DNA from: an uncultured Chloroflexia bacterium
GTDB lineage: Bacteria > Chloroflexota > Limnocylindria > Limnocylindrales > CSP1-4
DNA: 64,000 nucleotides
Assembly (NCBI GenBank): GCA_963763775.1
Contig: CAVXPZ010000003.1
Coordinates: 768,001-832,000, forward strand
Direction of reading: 5' to 3'
A program made the translations under genes and the position numbers. Positions 41,086 to 51,006 of this stretch are shown in pieces (the first letter of the stretch is position 1; every line of letters starts with the position of its first letter). A model generated the notes under the pieces. That model did not search any database, was not told where the DNA came from, and was given only the letters and a program-made list of their open reading frames with translations.

Positions 41086-42393
41086 TCAGACCGCCACAGC
41101 GGCGGGAAGTGCGACGACGAAACGGGCGCCGGTCGTGCGAGCGGGCTCGCACCACAGTCGGGCGCCCATGGATTCACCGAGACGTTTGGCGGCGTACAGC
41201 CCGATGCCGGAGCCGCGAGCCGTGTGCGTGTCGCGACGGGCGTACGGCTCGAAGATGCGCTCGCGCCATTCCTCCGGGATCCCGGGGCCCTCGTCGCTGA
41301 CACCGAGCTGGACGACGCCTTCCATGAGCGCCCAGTCGATGGTGATCGTCGTCCCGGGCGGCGCGTACTTCACCGCGTTCTCGACCAGGTGCTCGAGGAT
41401 CTGCCGGAGCCGCGGCGGGTCGGCGAGGGCCTGGAGCCGCGGCGTCGGACGCACGTCGACCTGGTGGTTGGCGAGCAGCGGCTTCACGAAGCGGAGCACC
41501 TCGAGGACGCTCGCCTCGATGTCGACCGGGACCACCGCGGCGGCGTCCTCGGGGACGACGCGGACGGACGCGAGGATCGAGTCCACCAGGCGATCGAGGC
41601 GCTCCACCTGCTCGAGCGTCGCCCGGTGCCACTGGGCGCGGGTATCGCGGCGGATGATGTCGCGCGACTGGCGACCGACGAGCGGCGGCTCCTCGGCGAG
41701 GAGGTCCGTGTAGGCGCGGACCACGGCGAGGGGCGTGCGGAGCTCGTGGGTCACGAGGGCGATGAGCTCGCTCCGAGCCTCGTCGATGGCCTTGAGCGCC
41801 TCGACGCGCGCTTCCGCCTCGCTCTGCTGACGGCCCTTCTCGACGATCCCGGCCAGCAGGTCCGCGACGGCACTCAGCTGGTCGACGTCGGCCGTGGCGA
41901 AGTCTCGCGGCTGCTCCGTCTGGACGTTGAGCACCCCGACGGTCTGGTCGTGCCAGGTCAGCGGCACCGACAGCATCGAGGCCACGAACCGGCGCTGGTC
42001 GATGCCGCGGACCCACAGGAACCGCGGATCCGCCTTGACGTCCGGGATCACGAGCGGGCGCTGCGACGCGGCCACCCGGCCCGTGACGCCCTCGCCGAAC
42101 GGGACGCGGGCGCGGCCGATCTGGTAGCGGTCGAGGCCGTTCGTCGCCGCGAGCGTCAGGTACGCTCCATCACGGTCGAGCAGATACAGGGAGGAGACGT
42201 CCGCGTGCAGCGCGTCCCGCGTCCCGTCGACGACGGTCCCGAGCAGCTCATCCCACGTTCTCGCGGTGGTCGCCAGCCGCAGGACCTGGTGGAGGAAGCG
42301 CAGTTGGTCGAGCTGGTCGGGCGCCTTCGCGCGCGCCGTCGGACCGACGGGGGTCGAGCGATCGGAGGCGGACCTGGCACTCGGCATGGCCAT
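41086..42393 (-). CDS. Soluble GAF-domain sensor histidine kinase
   Basis: GAF (LAATNGL..GEGVTG..GVLNVQ); HELRTPL; ENAVKY; DEGPGI; GSGIGL; no TM. Confidence 0.92.
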   Translation of the reverse strand: MAMPSARSASDRSTPVGPTARAKAPDQLDQLRFLHQVLRLATTARTWDELLGTVVDGTRDALHADVSSLYLLDRDGAYLTLAATNGLDRYQIGRARVPFGEGVTGRVAASQRPLVIPDVKADPRFLWVRGIDQRRFVASMLSVPLTWHDQTVGVLNVQTEQPRDFATADVDQLSAVADLLAGIVEKGRQQSEAEARVEALKAIDEARSELIALVTHELRTPLAVVRAYTDLLAEEPPLVGRQSRDIIRRDTRAQWHRATLEQVERLDRLVDSILASVRVVPEDAAAVVPVDIEASVLEVLRFVKPLLANHQVDVRPTPRLQALADPPRLRQILEHLVENAVKYAPPGTTITIDWALMEGVVQLGVSDEGPGIPEEWRERIFEPYARRDTHTARGSGIGLYAAKRLGESMGARLWCEPARTTGARFVVALPAAVAV

Positions 42394-42409
42394 CACCTTA
42401 CAAGCGTAG

Positions 42410-42453
42410 GGAAGGTTCGCCCCGAGAAAGGTTGCGGTGAGGGAAAGGTTGCG
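42410..42453. promoter_or_regulatory. Direct repeats GAAAGGTTGCG in the divergent kinase/ppc promoter
   Basis: Exact copies at 42426 and 42443, degenerate copy at 42410. Confidence 0.5.
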
Positions 42454-42482
42454 ACCCGGTCCGGTCCGCAACGTGGGGCCGC

Positions 42483-45282
42483 GTGAGTACCGCCCCGCGC
42501 CGCCGATCGTCGGTCGAGGTCCGCCCCGAGCCGGGCGGGATCGGGACCGCCGGCGCGCACGACACGCTCGCGACCGAGGTGCGGCTGCTCGGCTCGCTGC
42601 TCGGCCAGGTGGTCGTGGAGCAGGCCGGGCCGGAGATCTTCGACCTCGTGGAGCGCATCCGGCGGCGGGCCATCGCGCTGCGTCAGGACGACGATCCCGA
42701 GGAGCGCGCCAAGCTCGACGCCGACCTCGCCGAGCTCGACCTGGAGACGGCCGAGGCGGTCATCACGGCGTTCGCGCTCTACTTCCAGCTGGTGAACCTG
42801 GTGGAGGCGCGCGGGCGAGTGCGGGCGCTGCGACGCCGCGAGCGGGCCGCCCGGGACGGCATCCTCGACGACTCGCTGGCCGAGGCCGTCGCCGAGCTCC
42901 GCAAGCAGGGACGGTCCGACGAAGACCTCGATGCGCTCATCCGGTCGCTCTCGATCTCGCTCGTCCTGACGGCGCACCCGACGGAGGCGCGGCGCCGGAC
43001 CGCGCTCGTGGCGTTGCGCCGCTGCGCGCTGCTCCTCGAGCGGCTCGACGACCCGCGGCTGACGCGGTCGGAGGACCGCGACGTCCGCCGCCGCCTGCGC
43101 GAGGAGATCACGCTCCTGTGGCGGACGTCCGACCTGCGGACGGTGGCGCCCTCGCCGCTCGATGAGGCGCGAACCGCCATGGCGTTCTTCGACGGGACGC
43201 TGTTCACGCTGGTCCCGCGGCTGTACCGCGTGCTCGACGGGGCGCTGGACCCGGTCTCGACCCGGCGCAGCGTCTCGGGCGCGGCCACGGACGCCGGCCG
43301 GACCGGGACGCGGCCGCCGCGCGTCGGGCCGTACCTGCACTGGGGCAGCTGGATCGGGAGCGACCGCGACGGCAACCCGGGCGTCACCGCCGACATCACG
43401 GAGCGCACGATCCGGATCCAGTCCGACCACATCCTGCACGGCTACGAGGCCGTGGCCACCCGGCTCATGCAGACCGTGGCCGCGGCCACCACCGCGGACC
43501 TCGTCGCCCGCCCGCTCGCGAACCGGCTCGCCCGCGATGCCGAGGAGCTCCCCGAGACCGATCGCCAGCTCCGCCGTCGATTCCCCGAGGAGCCGTACCG
43601 GCAGCGGTTCGGGTTCATGGCCGAACGGCTGCGGCGGACGCGAGCCGCGCTGACCGGCGAGCCTGCGCCTCGCTCGGGTCGGTACGCGACAGCCGCCGAG
43701 TTGGACGAGGAGCTCCTCGAACTCCAGGAAGCGCTGGCGGCGGACGGCCTCGCGCGGGTCGCCTGGGGCGAGGTAGCCGACTTCCGCTGGCAGGTCGGCA
43801 CGTTCGGGTTCCACCTGGCGTCGCTCGAGGTCCGGCAGCACGCGTCCGTCCATCGCGCGGCCCTCGAGGCACTGCGGGCCGGCGTCCCGGGGTCGACCGA
43901 GGTCGCCGCCGAGGTGCCGCTCGAGGAGGTCCTCGGCACCTTCGCGGCCATCGCCGCGATCCAGGCGCATCACGGCGTCGATGCCTGCCACCGCGTCATC
44001 GTCAGCTTCACGTCGGCCGCCCAAGACGTGATCGACGTGCTGGAGCTGGCCCGGATCGGCGTCGGGGAAGACGCCCCGCCGCCGGTGCTGGACGTCATCC
44101 CCCTGTTCGAATCGTCCGACGCGCTGCTCACGGCCGGCCCGATCCTCGCGGCGTTGCTGGGCGATCCTGCGTATCGGGCGCACCTGGCCGCGCGCGGCGA
44201 CCGCCAGGAAGTGATGCTCGGGTACTCGGACTCCAACAAGGAATCGGGGTTCCTGGCGGCCGCCTGGATGCTCCATCTCGCGCAGTCAGGGCTGGTCGAG
44301 GTCGCCAGGCGGGAAGGGCATCGAGCTGACGCTCTTCCATGGGCGCGGCGGCGCCATCGGCCGTGGTGGCGGGCCGACCAACCGGGCGATCCTCGGGCAG
44401 GCGCCCGGGTCGGTGGACGGCCGGCTCAAGCTCACGGAGCAGGGCGAGGTCATCGCCGCGCACTACTCCGACCCGGTCATCGCGCGACGGCATCTCGAGC
44501 AGGTCTCGGCGGCCGTGCTGCTCGCGTCGACCCCGGAGCACGACGCATCGCTCGCCGGATCCGTAGCGCTGGCGACGCCGATCATGGACGAGCTCTCGGC
44601 GACCTCCCGGGCCGCGTATCGCGCACTCGTCCACGACGACCCGGGCTTCGCCGCATTCTTCCGCGACATCACGCCGATCGCGGAGCTGGCCGGCCTGCGT
44701 CTTGGATCGCGTCCGGCGGCCCGAGGACGCTCCGAGGGCGCGCCGTCCATCGACAGCCTCCGGGCGATCCCCTGGACGTTCGCGTGGACGCAGTCCCGGA
44801 TCAACCTCCCGGGCTGGTACGGGCTGGGAACGGCGCTCGAGGCCTATCGGGTGGCGCACGGGGAGGCCGGCCTCGACGCGGTGGCGCGGCTCGCGCGCGA
44901 CTGGCCGTTCCTGCGGAGCCTCCTCGACAACGCCGAGATGAGCCTCGCCAAGGCGGACATGGGCGTCGCCCGGCTGTACGCGGGGCTCGCGAACGGCGAG
45001 GGCGATGCGCGTCGCTGGGCCGCGATCGAGACCGAATACCACCGGACCGTGACCCTCCTGCGGCGGGTGACCGGCCGGGAGCGGCTGCTCGACGAGGCCC
45101 CGGTGCTCCAGCGGTCGATCGCCCTGCGGAACCCGTACGTCGATTCCCTGTCCGAGCTCCAGGTCCGGCTGCTGGCCCGCCTCCGCTCCCTGCCTGCCGG
45201 CGATCCGGAACGAGGACGCGTGCTGCGGCTCGTGCAGCTCACCGTGAACGGCGTGGCGGCCGGGCTCCAGACGACCGGCTGA
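42483..45282 (+). CDS. ppc: Phosphoenolpyruvate carboxylase (frameshift ~44320)
   Basis: VLTAHPTE, SWIGSDRDGNP, QEVMLGYSDSNK, LFHGRGG, LRAIPW, IALRNPYVD, AAGLQTTG. Confidence 0.95.
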
Positions 45283-45294
45283 GGCTGGCAGCCC

Positions 45295-45850
45295 GTGGAT
45301 CATGCGGATCATGTCGGGTTGCTCCGCGCAGGCGTGCCGTCGCCGGGCGGGACGTGGGCCGACATCGGGGCGGGGGAGGGGGCCTTCACCCTCGCGCTCG
45401 CGGACCTGCTCGGGCCCGGCGCGACCATCGTCGCCGTCGACCGCGACGCGGGATCCCTCCGCACCAACGCCCGGGCCGTCGCGGCGAGGTTCCCGGCGAC
45501 GTCGCTCGAGACGGTGGTCGGGGACCTGACCGGGCCGCTCGACCTCCCGTCCCTCGATGGGCTCGTCGCCGCGAACAGCCTGCACTTCGTCGCGCGTGAT
45601 CGGCAGGTCTCGGTCGTCCGCGGCCTGGCGGCGCTCGTCCGCCCCGGCGGGACGTTCCTGGTCGTCGAGTACGACGCCGACCGCGGCAATCCGTGGGTGC
45701 CGAACCCCTTCTCGTTCGCGTCGTGGGAGCGTCTGGCGGTCGCCGCGGGGTTGGCCGAGACGCGGTTGATCGGCCGCGTGCCGAGCCGGTTCCTCGGGGC
45801 GATCTACGCGGCCGCGAGCGTCGTGCCGGGAGGCGCAACCGGACCGCTGA
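45295..45850 (+). CDS. Class I SAM-dependent methyltransferase (3' end uncertain)
   Basis: WADIGAGEGAF, VAVDRD, ANSLHF, RPGG..VEYD; no clean stop. Confidence 0.8.
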
Positions 45851-46018
45851 GCGCGTGGCGGTCGGCGCACGCCTCGTCGGGCGGAGCGTCCTCACGACCC
45901 TCTCAGAGGCCGTCGCCAAGGTCCGGTGCAGGTTCGTCCAGGGGAGGGCCACCCGGGGGCCGCCGATGGATCGAACGTGACCCGCGTCATCACGAAGGAC
46001 CTGCACAAGGAGAAGTCC

Positions 46019-46369
46019 ATGGAGTACACCTACGCGCCGATCGAGCCGATCGAGCCGACGGCGTCGGCCCTGCCGGCGCCGTCGGAGGTGGTCGCTCCCG
46101 CGGCGACCCGACTCGGCGGGACCCGTCGGGCCGTCATCACCGCGGCGGTCTCGGCCCTGCTCCTCGTGGGCGGGGGCGTGGCCGCCGTGTCGGCCGCCAG
46201 CCCGGCGCCGTCGACCGCACCGGGCGTCACCGCGCCGTCCGGCGGTGGGACGGCCCCCGGTGGGACCCCGCACGCCGGTCGGTCGACCGCGAACTGCCCG
46301 AACATGGGCGGCAGCGGTGGATCGAGCGGCTCGTCCGGGACCACCCCGGCGCCGACCCCGGCCACCTAG
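46019..46369 (+). CDS. Small secreted/TM Pro-Ser-Gly-rich protein
   Basis: AAGGAG SD, one TM/signal segment, CPNM motif. Confidence 0.6.
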   Translation: MEYTYAPIEPIEPTASALPAPSEVVAPAATRLGGTRRAVITAAVSALLLVGGGVAAVSAASPAPSTAPGVTAPSGGGTAPGGTPHAGRSTANCPNMGGSGGSSGSSGTTPAPTPAT

Positions 46370-46473
46370 GCCGATCGAACCTGGCGGCTCGCTTCGGCGG
46401 GCCGTCAGGTCGACGTCCTGACCCATGGTGGAAGATGGCACCGTCCACCACGACCCCTGCGAGGCGCGCATCG

Positions 46474-47382
46474 ATGCCCGACCGAGCGTCCTTCACGATC
46501 GACCCGATGGGTCCGTTCTCCCTCGCGGAGGCGGCGATGTTCGGGTTCGGCCAGCGGCACGAGACCCGGTTCGACGGCACGATGCGCCTCGCCTTCTGCG
46601 TCGACGGGTACCGCGCGCAGGTCGGCGTCGCGGTCACGCAGGACGAGGCCGGTCTCGTCCACGGCGCGATCGCCGAGGGCGCCGTCGGTCAGCCGTCGGT
46701 CGAGGCCGTCCGCGCGCAGGTCGCCCGCGTGCTCTCGATCGACCACGACGCCGCCGGGTACGTGGCCGTGGGCGACCGCGACCCGGTCATCGCTCGGCTG
46801 CTCGCTGCCGCGCCGGGTCTGCGACCGCCGCTGTTCTACTCGCCGTACGAGGCTGCCCTCTGGGCCGTCCTGAGCGCCCGACGTCCCGCGGCCACCGCCG
46901 AGGCGTGGCGTAGACGGCTCTCGCAGACGCTCGGCGCGGCGGCCACGGTCGCGGGCACCGAGATGTGGGCCGTCCCCCAGCCGGCACGGATCGTGGACGC
47001 CGGCGCCGGCCGGATCGCCTCGGAGACCGGCGTGGACGCCACGCGCGCCGAGCGGGTCGTCGCCGTCGCCGAGGCGGGCCTCGACGGGCGACTCGATGCC
47101 GGGCGGCTCGCCGCCATGGACGTGGACGCGGCTCGGGCGAGCCTGCGGACGATCCCGGGCATCGGCCCGTTCTACGCCGACCTCATCCTGATCCGGGCGA
47201 CCGGGATCACCGACCTGCTGCCGACGAACGAACCGCGGATGCTCGCCCTCATCGGCGAGCTCTACGACCTCGGCGGGCCGGCGACGGTCGCCCAGGCCGA
47301 GGCGATCGCCGGAACGTGGCGCCCGTGGCGCACGTGGGTCGCGGTGCTGGTGCGCGCGGCGGGTCCGCGAGTCCTCGGCTAG
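46474..47382 (+). CDS. alkA: DNA-3-methyladenine glycosylase II (HhH-GPD)
   Basis: PGLRP..SPYEA..IPGIGPF..WRPWRTW. Confidence 0.82.
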   Translation: MPDRASFTIDPMGPFSLAEAAMFGFGQRHETRFDGTMRLAFCVDGYRAQVGVAVTQDEAGLVHGAIAEGAVGQPSVEAVRAQVARVLSIDHDAAGYVAVGDRDPVIARLLAAAPGLRPPLFYSPYEAALWAVLSARRPAATAEAWRRRLSQTLGAAATVAGTEMWAVPQPARIVDAGAGRIASETGVDATRAERVVAVAEAGLDGRLDAGRLAAMDVDAARASLRTIPGIGPFYADLILIRATGITDLLPTNEPRMLALIGELYDLGGPATVAQAEAIAGTWRPWRTWVAVLVRAAGPRVLG

Positions 47383-47416
47383 CCCGCGTCGGTCAGGCGC
47401 TGAGTCGCGCCGCCTC

Positions 47417-48616
47417 TCAGCCCGCGAGTCGACGGGCGAGGGCGGCCCCGAGCCGCTCGTAGTCGGCGGGCTCGTTGTAGCGCTGCGCGGAGATCCGCAT
47501 GAGGACCTGCCCGGGAGCTGCGCCCACGGCCGATCGAGCGGCCGGCACCGGCCAGCCACCGATCGGGACCTCGATGCCGTCCTCGTCGTACAGGGCCGTG
47601 GCCAGGTCGAGCGCCGCGCGGTCGGTCGTCACGCCGGGCAGCGGGATCGCCGCCATCGACCCGAGCATCGAGGCAGGCGCCGGGGCCTCGATCCCCAGCG
47701 CGGCGCAGACCGTGTCGCGGCCGGCCGAGACCACGCGGTGGTTCGTCGCCATGACCTCCGGCCATCCGCCGGGAACCTGTGCGCCCATCCAATCGATGGC
47801 GGCGGGCAGCGTCAGATAGGCGGTCGGGTCGGCGGTCCCGGTCCAATCGAACTCGTGGCGGAACCGGGTCCGGTCGTCCGTCAGCGGCGCGTTCGACCCG
47901 TGCGAGATCACCAGGGGCCGGACCGAGTCGCGCAGGTCCGCACGGACCCAGAACACGCCGGCGCCCTTCGGCGCGCACGGCCACTTGTGGCCGTTGCCGG
48001 TCCAGTAGGCGGCACCGAGCGCGTCGACGTCGACCGGCACCATCCCCGGGGCGTGCGCCGCGTCCACCAGCGTCTCGATGCCGCGTGCGGCGAACTCACG
48101 GACGAGCCGCTCCACGGGGAAGACCAGGGCCGTCGGGCTCGTGATGTGGCTGATCACCAGGAGCCGCGTGCGGGACGTGATCGCTGCGAGGTGGGCGTCC
48201 ACGACCTCGTCCTCGCTCGCGATCGGGAACGGGACCGGCGCGACCACGACGGCCGCCCCGGCCGGTGTCGCCACGGCTCGCATCGCGTTGATCGTCGCGT
48301 TGTACTCGTGGTCGTTGGTGAGCAGCTCGTCCCCCGGCTGGAGGCTGAGGCTTCGGAGGGCCGTGTTCACCCCGGCCGTGGCATTCGGCACGAACGCGAT
48401 CCCTTCGGGGTCCGCGTGCAGGAACGCCCCGACGGCCTCGCGCGCCTCGCCGAGCCGCGCGTCGAGCTCGCGTGTCAGGAACCGGATCGGCTCCGCCTCG
48501 AGCCGGTCGCGCCACTCGCGCTGGACGGCCAGCACGTCGGTCGGGCACGCGCCGTACGACCCGTGGTTCAGGAAGACGATGTCGGGTCGGAGCTGCCAGC
48601 CCAGATCGGTACGCAT
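47417..48616 (-). CDS. PLP-dependent class V aminotransferase (isopenicillin N epimerase/EgtE-like)
   Basis: FLNHGSYGA, HITSPTA, VDAAHAPG, GNGHKW, RISAQ. Confidence 0.9.
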   Translation of the reverse strand: MRTDLGWQLRPDIVFLNHGSYGACPTDVLAVQREWRDRLEAEPIRFLTRELDARLGEAREAVGAFLHADPEGIAFVPNATAGVNTALRSLSLQPGDELLTNDHEYNATINAMRAVATPAGAAVVVAPVPFPIASEDEVVDAHLAAITSRTRLLVISHITSPTALVFPVERLVREFAARGIETLVDAAHAPGMVPVDVDALGAAYWTGNGHKWPCAPKGAGVFWVRADLRDSVRPLVISHGSNAPLTDDRTRFRHEFDWTGTADPTAYLTLPAAIDWMGAQVPGGWPEVMATNHRVVSAGRDTVCAALGIEAPAPASMLGSMAAIPLPGVTTDRAALDLATALYDEDGIEVPIGGWPVPAARSAVGAAPGQVLMRISAQRYNEPADYERLGAALARRLAG

Positions 48617-48654
48617 CGGTGGGTCGTTGCCTCGCTGTCCTTCGGATGGTCGAT

Positions 48655-49014
48655 CTAGGAGGGGTCGTGTGGCTGGTCGGGCGGGGTGACGTCCTTCACG
48701 GGTCGCCCGTCCGCACCCGGACCGTCCTTGCCGCCGCGACGTCCGCCTGACCCCCCGCGGCCGCGTGTCAGGAACCGGCCGACTCGGTCCGGCGCCGCGA
48801 CGAATGGCGCGAGGTACGCGAGGATCAGGATCGGCACGACGAACCGGGCGCCGATCGGGCGGATGGCGACGAACATCGCGAAGAGCCAGAGGATGACCGC
48901 GTAGGTGCCGACGGCGACCGAGGTCAGCCCGGCGAGCTGGAGGCGTCGCGCGGGCAGCAGGACGAGCAGCGCCACGACCAGCCCGAGACCGAGCAGCCAG
49001 GGCGCCGGGAGCAC
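48655..49014 (-). CDS. Small membrane protein
   Basis: Three hydrophobic segments, C-terminal KDVTPPD. Confidence 0.6.
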   Translation of the reverse strand: MLPAPWLLGLGLVVALLVLLPARRLQLAGLTSVAVGTYAVILWLFAMFVAIRPIGARFVVPILILAYLAPFVAAPDRVGRFLTRGRGGSGGRRGGKDGPGADGRPVKDVTPPDQPHDPS

Positions 49015-49023
49015 GTCAGCGGC

Positions 49024-49875
49024 TCAGCGATCGGTAGCGGCGGATGCCGAGCGGCGCGAAGATCGCGACGATGACGATGACCCAGATGATCGTGACGAGG
49101 ATCGGCTGCTGGGTCGCCGGGCGAGTCGGCCGCGAGGACCGACGGGTTCGGGTTGCCCCACAGCTCGCGGAGCGACACGGTCAGCGTGCTCACCGGGTTC
49201 CACACCGCGAACGGCTGCAGCCAGTCGGGCAGCGCCGCGAGCGGCACGAAGGCGGTCGAGACGAACGTGATCGGGAAGAGGATGGTGAACGAGACCTGCT
49301 GCGCGACTTCGACCGACGGGACCGACGCCCCGAGCCAGATCCCGATCCACGACATCGCGAAGGCGAAGAGCAGGAGCAACGCGACGCCTTCGAGGAGCGC
49401 GACGATCCCGTTGTGGATCGTCCAGCCGACCGCGAAGCCGGTCACCATCGAGGACGACGAGGATGCCGGCGTTGTACACGACATCGGCGACGGACCGGCC
49501 GGTCAACACCGCCGAGCGGGCCATCGGCAACGAGCGGAACCGGTCGACGATGCCCTTGTTGATGTCGTCGCACATCCCGATGGCGGTGGTCGCCGCCGCG
49601 AAGACGATGGTCTGGGCGAAGATGCCCGGCATCAGGTACTCGCGGTAGGCCGATGGACCCGAGTAGCCGGGCAGCGCGATCGCGCCGCCGAACACGAACG
49701 CGAACAGCAGCACGAACATGATCGACTGGAAGATCGCGAAGATCGCGAGCTCCGGGATGCGCGGGATCCGCTTGAGGTTCCGCCAGGTGATGATCAGCCC
49801 GTCCGCGACCGCGCCGCGGAGGCCGCCAGCCGGGACCGGGGCGCCGGTCGTCGTGGGTCGCGTGGCCGCGGTCAT
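49024..49875 (-). CDS. ABC-2 permease, DrrB-like (frameshifted)
   Basis: EYLMPGIFAQ, DRFRSLPMARSAVLTGR, LPDWLQPFAVWNPVS. Confidence 0.88.
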   Translation of the reverse strand: MTAATRPTTTGAPVPAGGLRGAVADGLIITWRNLKRIPRIPELAIFAIFQSIMFVLLFAFVFGGAIALPGYSGPSAYREYLMPGIFAQTIVFAAATTAIGMCDDINKGIVDRFRSLPMARSAVLTGRSVADVVYNAGILVVLDGDRLRGRLDDPQRDRRAPRRRRVAPALRLRDVVDRDLARGVGPVGRSRAAGLVHHPLPDHVRLDRLRAARGAARLAAAVRGVEPGEHADRVAPRAVGQPEPVGPRGRLARRPSSRSSSRSSGSSSSSRSSRRSASAATDR

Positions 49876-50849
49876 GCGACCGCCTCCGTGCGCGCTCTTC
49901 GGCCCGCGTGGCCGGTGAGCGACAGGAACACGTCGTCGAGCGTCGGCCGGCGGATGCCGATGTCGTCGATCCCGATGGATGCCTCGTCGAGGTCGCGGAC
50001 GACCTGGACGAGCCGCGTCGCGCCGCCGTGGGCCGGGACGGTCAGGCGGCGGGTGTGCTCGTCGACGCTGGTCTGTGCGTCGCCGGACCGATCGAGGATC
50101 TCGACCGCCTTGGGGATGTCCGCCCGGTCGCGGACGACCACCTCGATGCGCTCGCCGCCGACCTGGCGCTTGAGCTCGTCCGCGGTCCCGCGCGCGATGA
50201 TCTTCCCGTGATCGACGACCGCGATCGTGTCGGCGAGCTCGTCGGCCTCTTCGAGGTACTGCGTCGTGAGGAGCAGCGTCGTCCCGTCGCGGACGAGGCC
50301 ACGGATGACGTCCCACATGCCGAGGCGGCTGCGCGGGTCCAGGCCGGTCGTGGGCTCGTCGAGGAACAGCAGCCGCGGTCGTCCGATGAGCGCGCTCGCC
50401 AGGTCGAGGCGTCGGCGCATGCCGCCGGAGTAGGTCTTGACCGTGCGGTCGGCGGCGTCGGTCAGCTCGAACTGCTCGAGGAGCTCGGTGGCGCGGTGCT
50501 TCGACTCGGCGCTCGCGAGCTGGTACAGCCGGCCGAACATCCAGAGGTTCTCGCGGGCCGTGAGGTTCTCGTCCACCGCGGCGTACTGCCCCGACAGCCC
50601 GATGACCGACCGGATCTGGTTGGCCTGGGTGGCGACGTCGAAGCCGGCCACCGAGGCACGGCCCGCGTCCGGCTTCAACAGGGTCGCGAGGATCCGGACC
50701 GTGGTCGTCTTGCCGGCGCCGTTGGGGCCGAGCAGGCCGAGGACGGTGCCCTCGTCCACGGTCAGGTCGACGCCGTCGAGGGCACGGACCTCGTTCTTGC
50801 GGCTGCGGTAGACCTTGACGAGGCCTTCCGCGTCGATCGCGTGGGTCAT
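49872..50849 (-). CDS. ABC ATP-binding protein, DrrA-like
   Basis: GPNGAGKTT, YSGGMRRRLDLA, DEPTTGLDP, PTLDDVFL. Confidence 0.93.
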   Translation of the reverse strand: MTHAIDAEGLVKVYRSRKNEVRALDGVDLTVDEGTVLGLLGPNGAGKTTTVRILATLLKPDAGRASVAGFDVATQANQIRSVIGLSGQYAAVDENLTARENLWMFGRLYQLASAESKHRATELLEQFELTDAADRTVKTYSGGMRRRLDLASALIGRPRLLFLDEPTTGLDPRSRLGMWDVIRGLVRDGTTLLLTTQYLEEADELADTIAVVDHGKIIARGTADELKRQVGGERIEVVVRDRADIPKAVEILDRSGDAQTSVDEHTRRLTVPAHGGATRLVQVVRDLDEASIGIDDIGIRRPTLDDVFLSLTGHAGRRARTEAVA

Positions 50850-51006
50850 CCATCAGCCTTTCGTGGCGGCCCGGAGCGTGGTCGGGCGGTCGTCTCGAGG
50901 GGGAGGTCGAAGTATACGGCTCGTCCTGTGCCGCGCACCCCGCCGCCCGGCTCGCCCCGGTGGCGCTAGGCTCGACGGACCGTCCCGTCGTCGATCTGGA
51001 CCCCAC

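Noticed and set aside
45295-47382. 695-aa methyltransferase-AlkA fusion ORF
   Set aside because: The middle third is Arg/Gly-rich off-frame text overlapping a separate SD-led gene (46019-46369); a missing stop is more likely chance or an indel.
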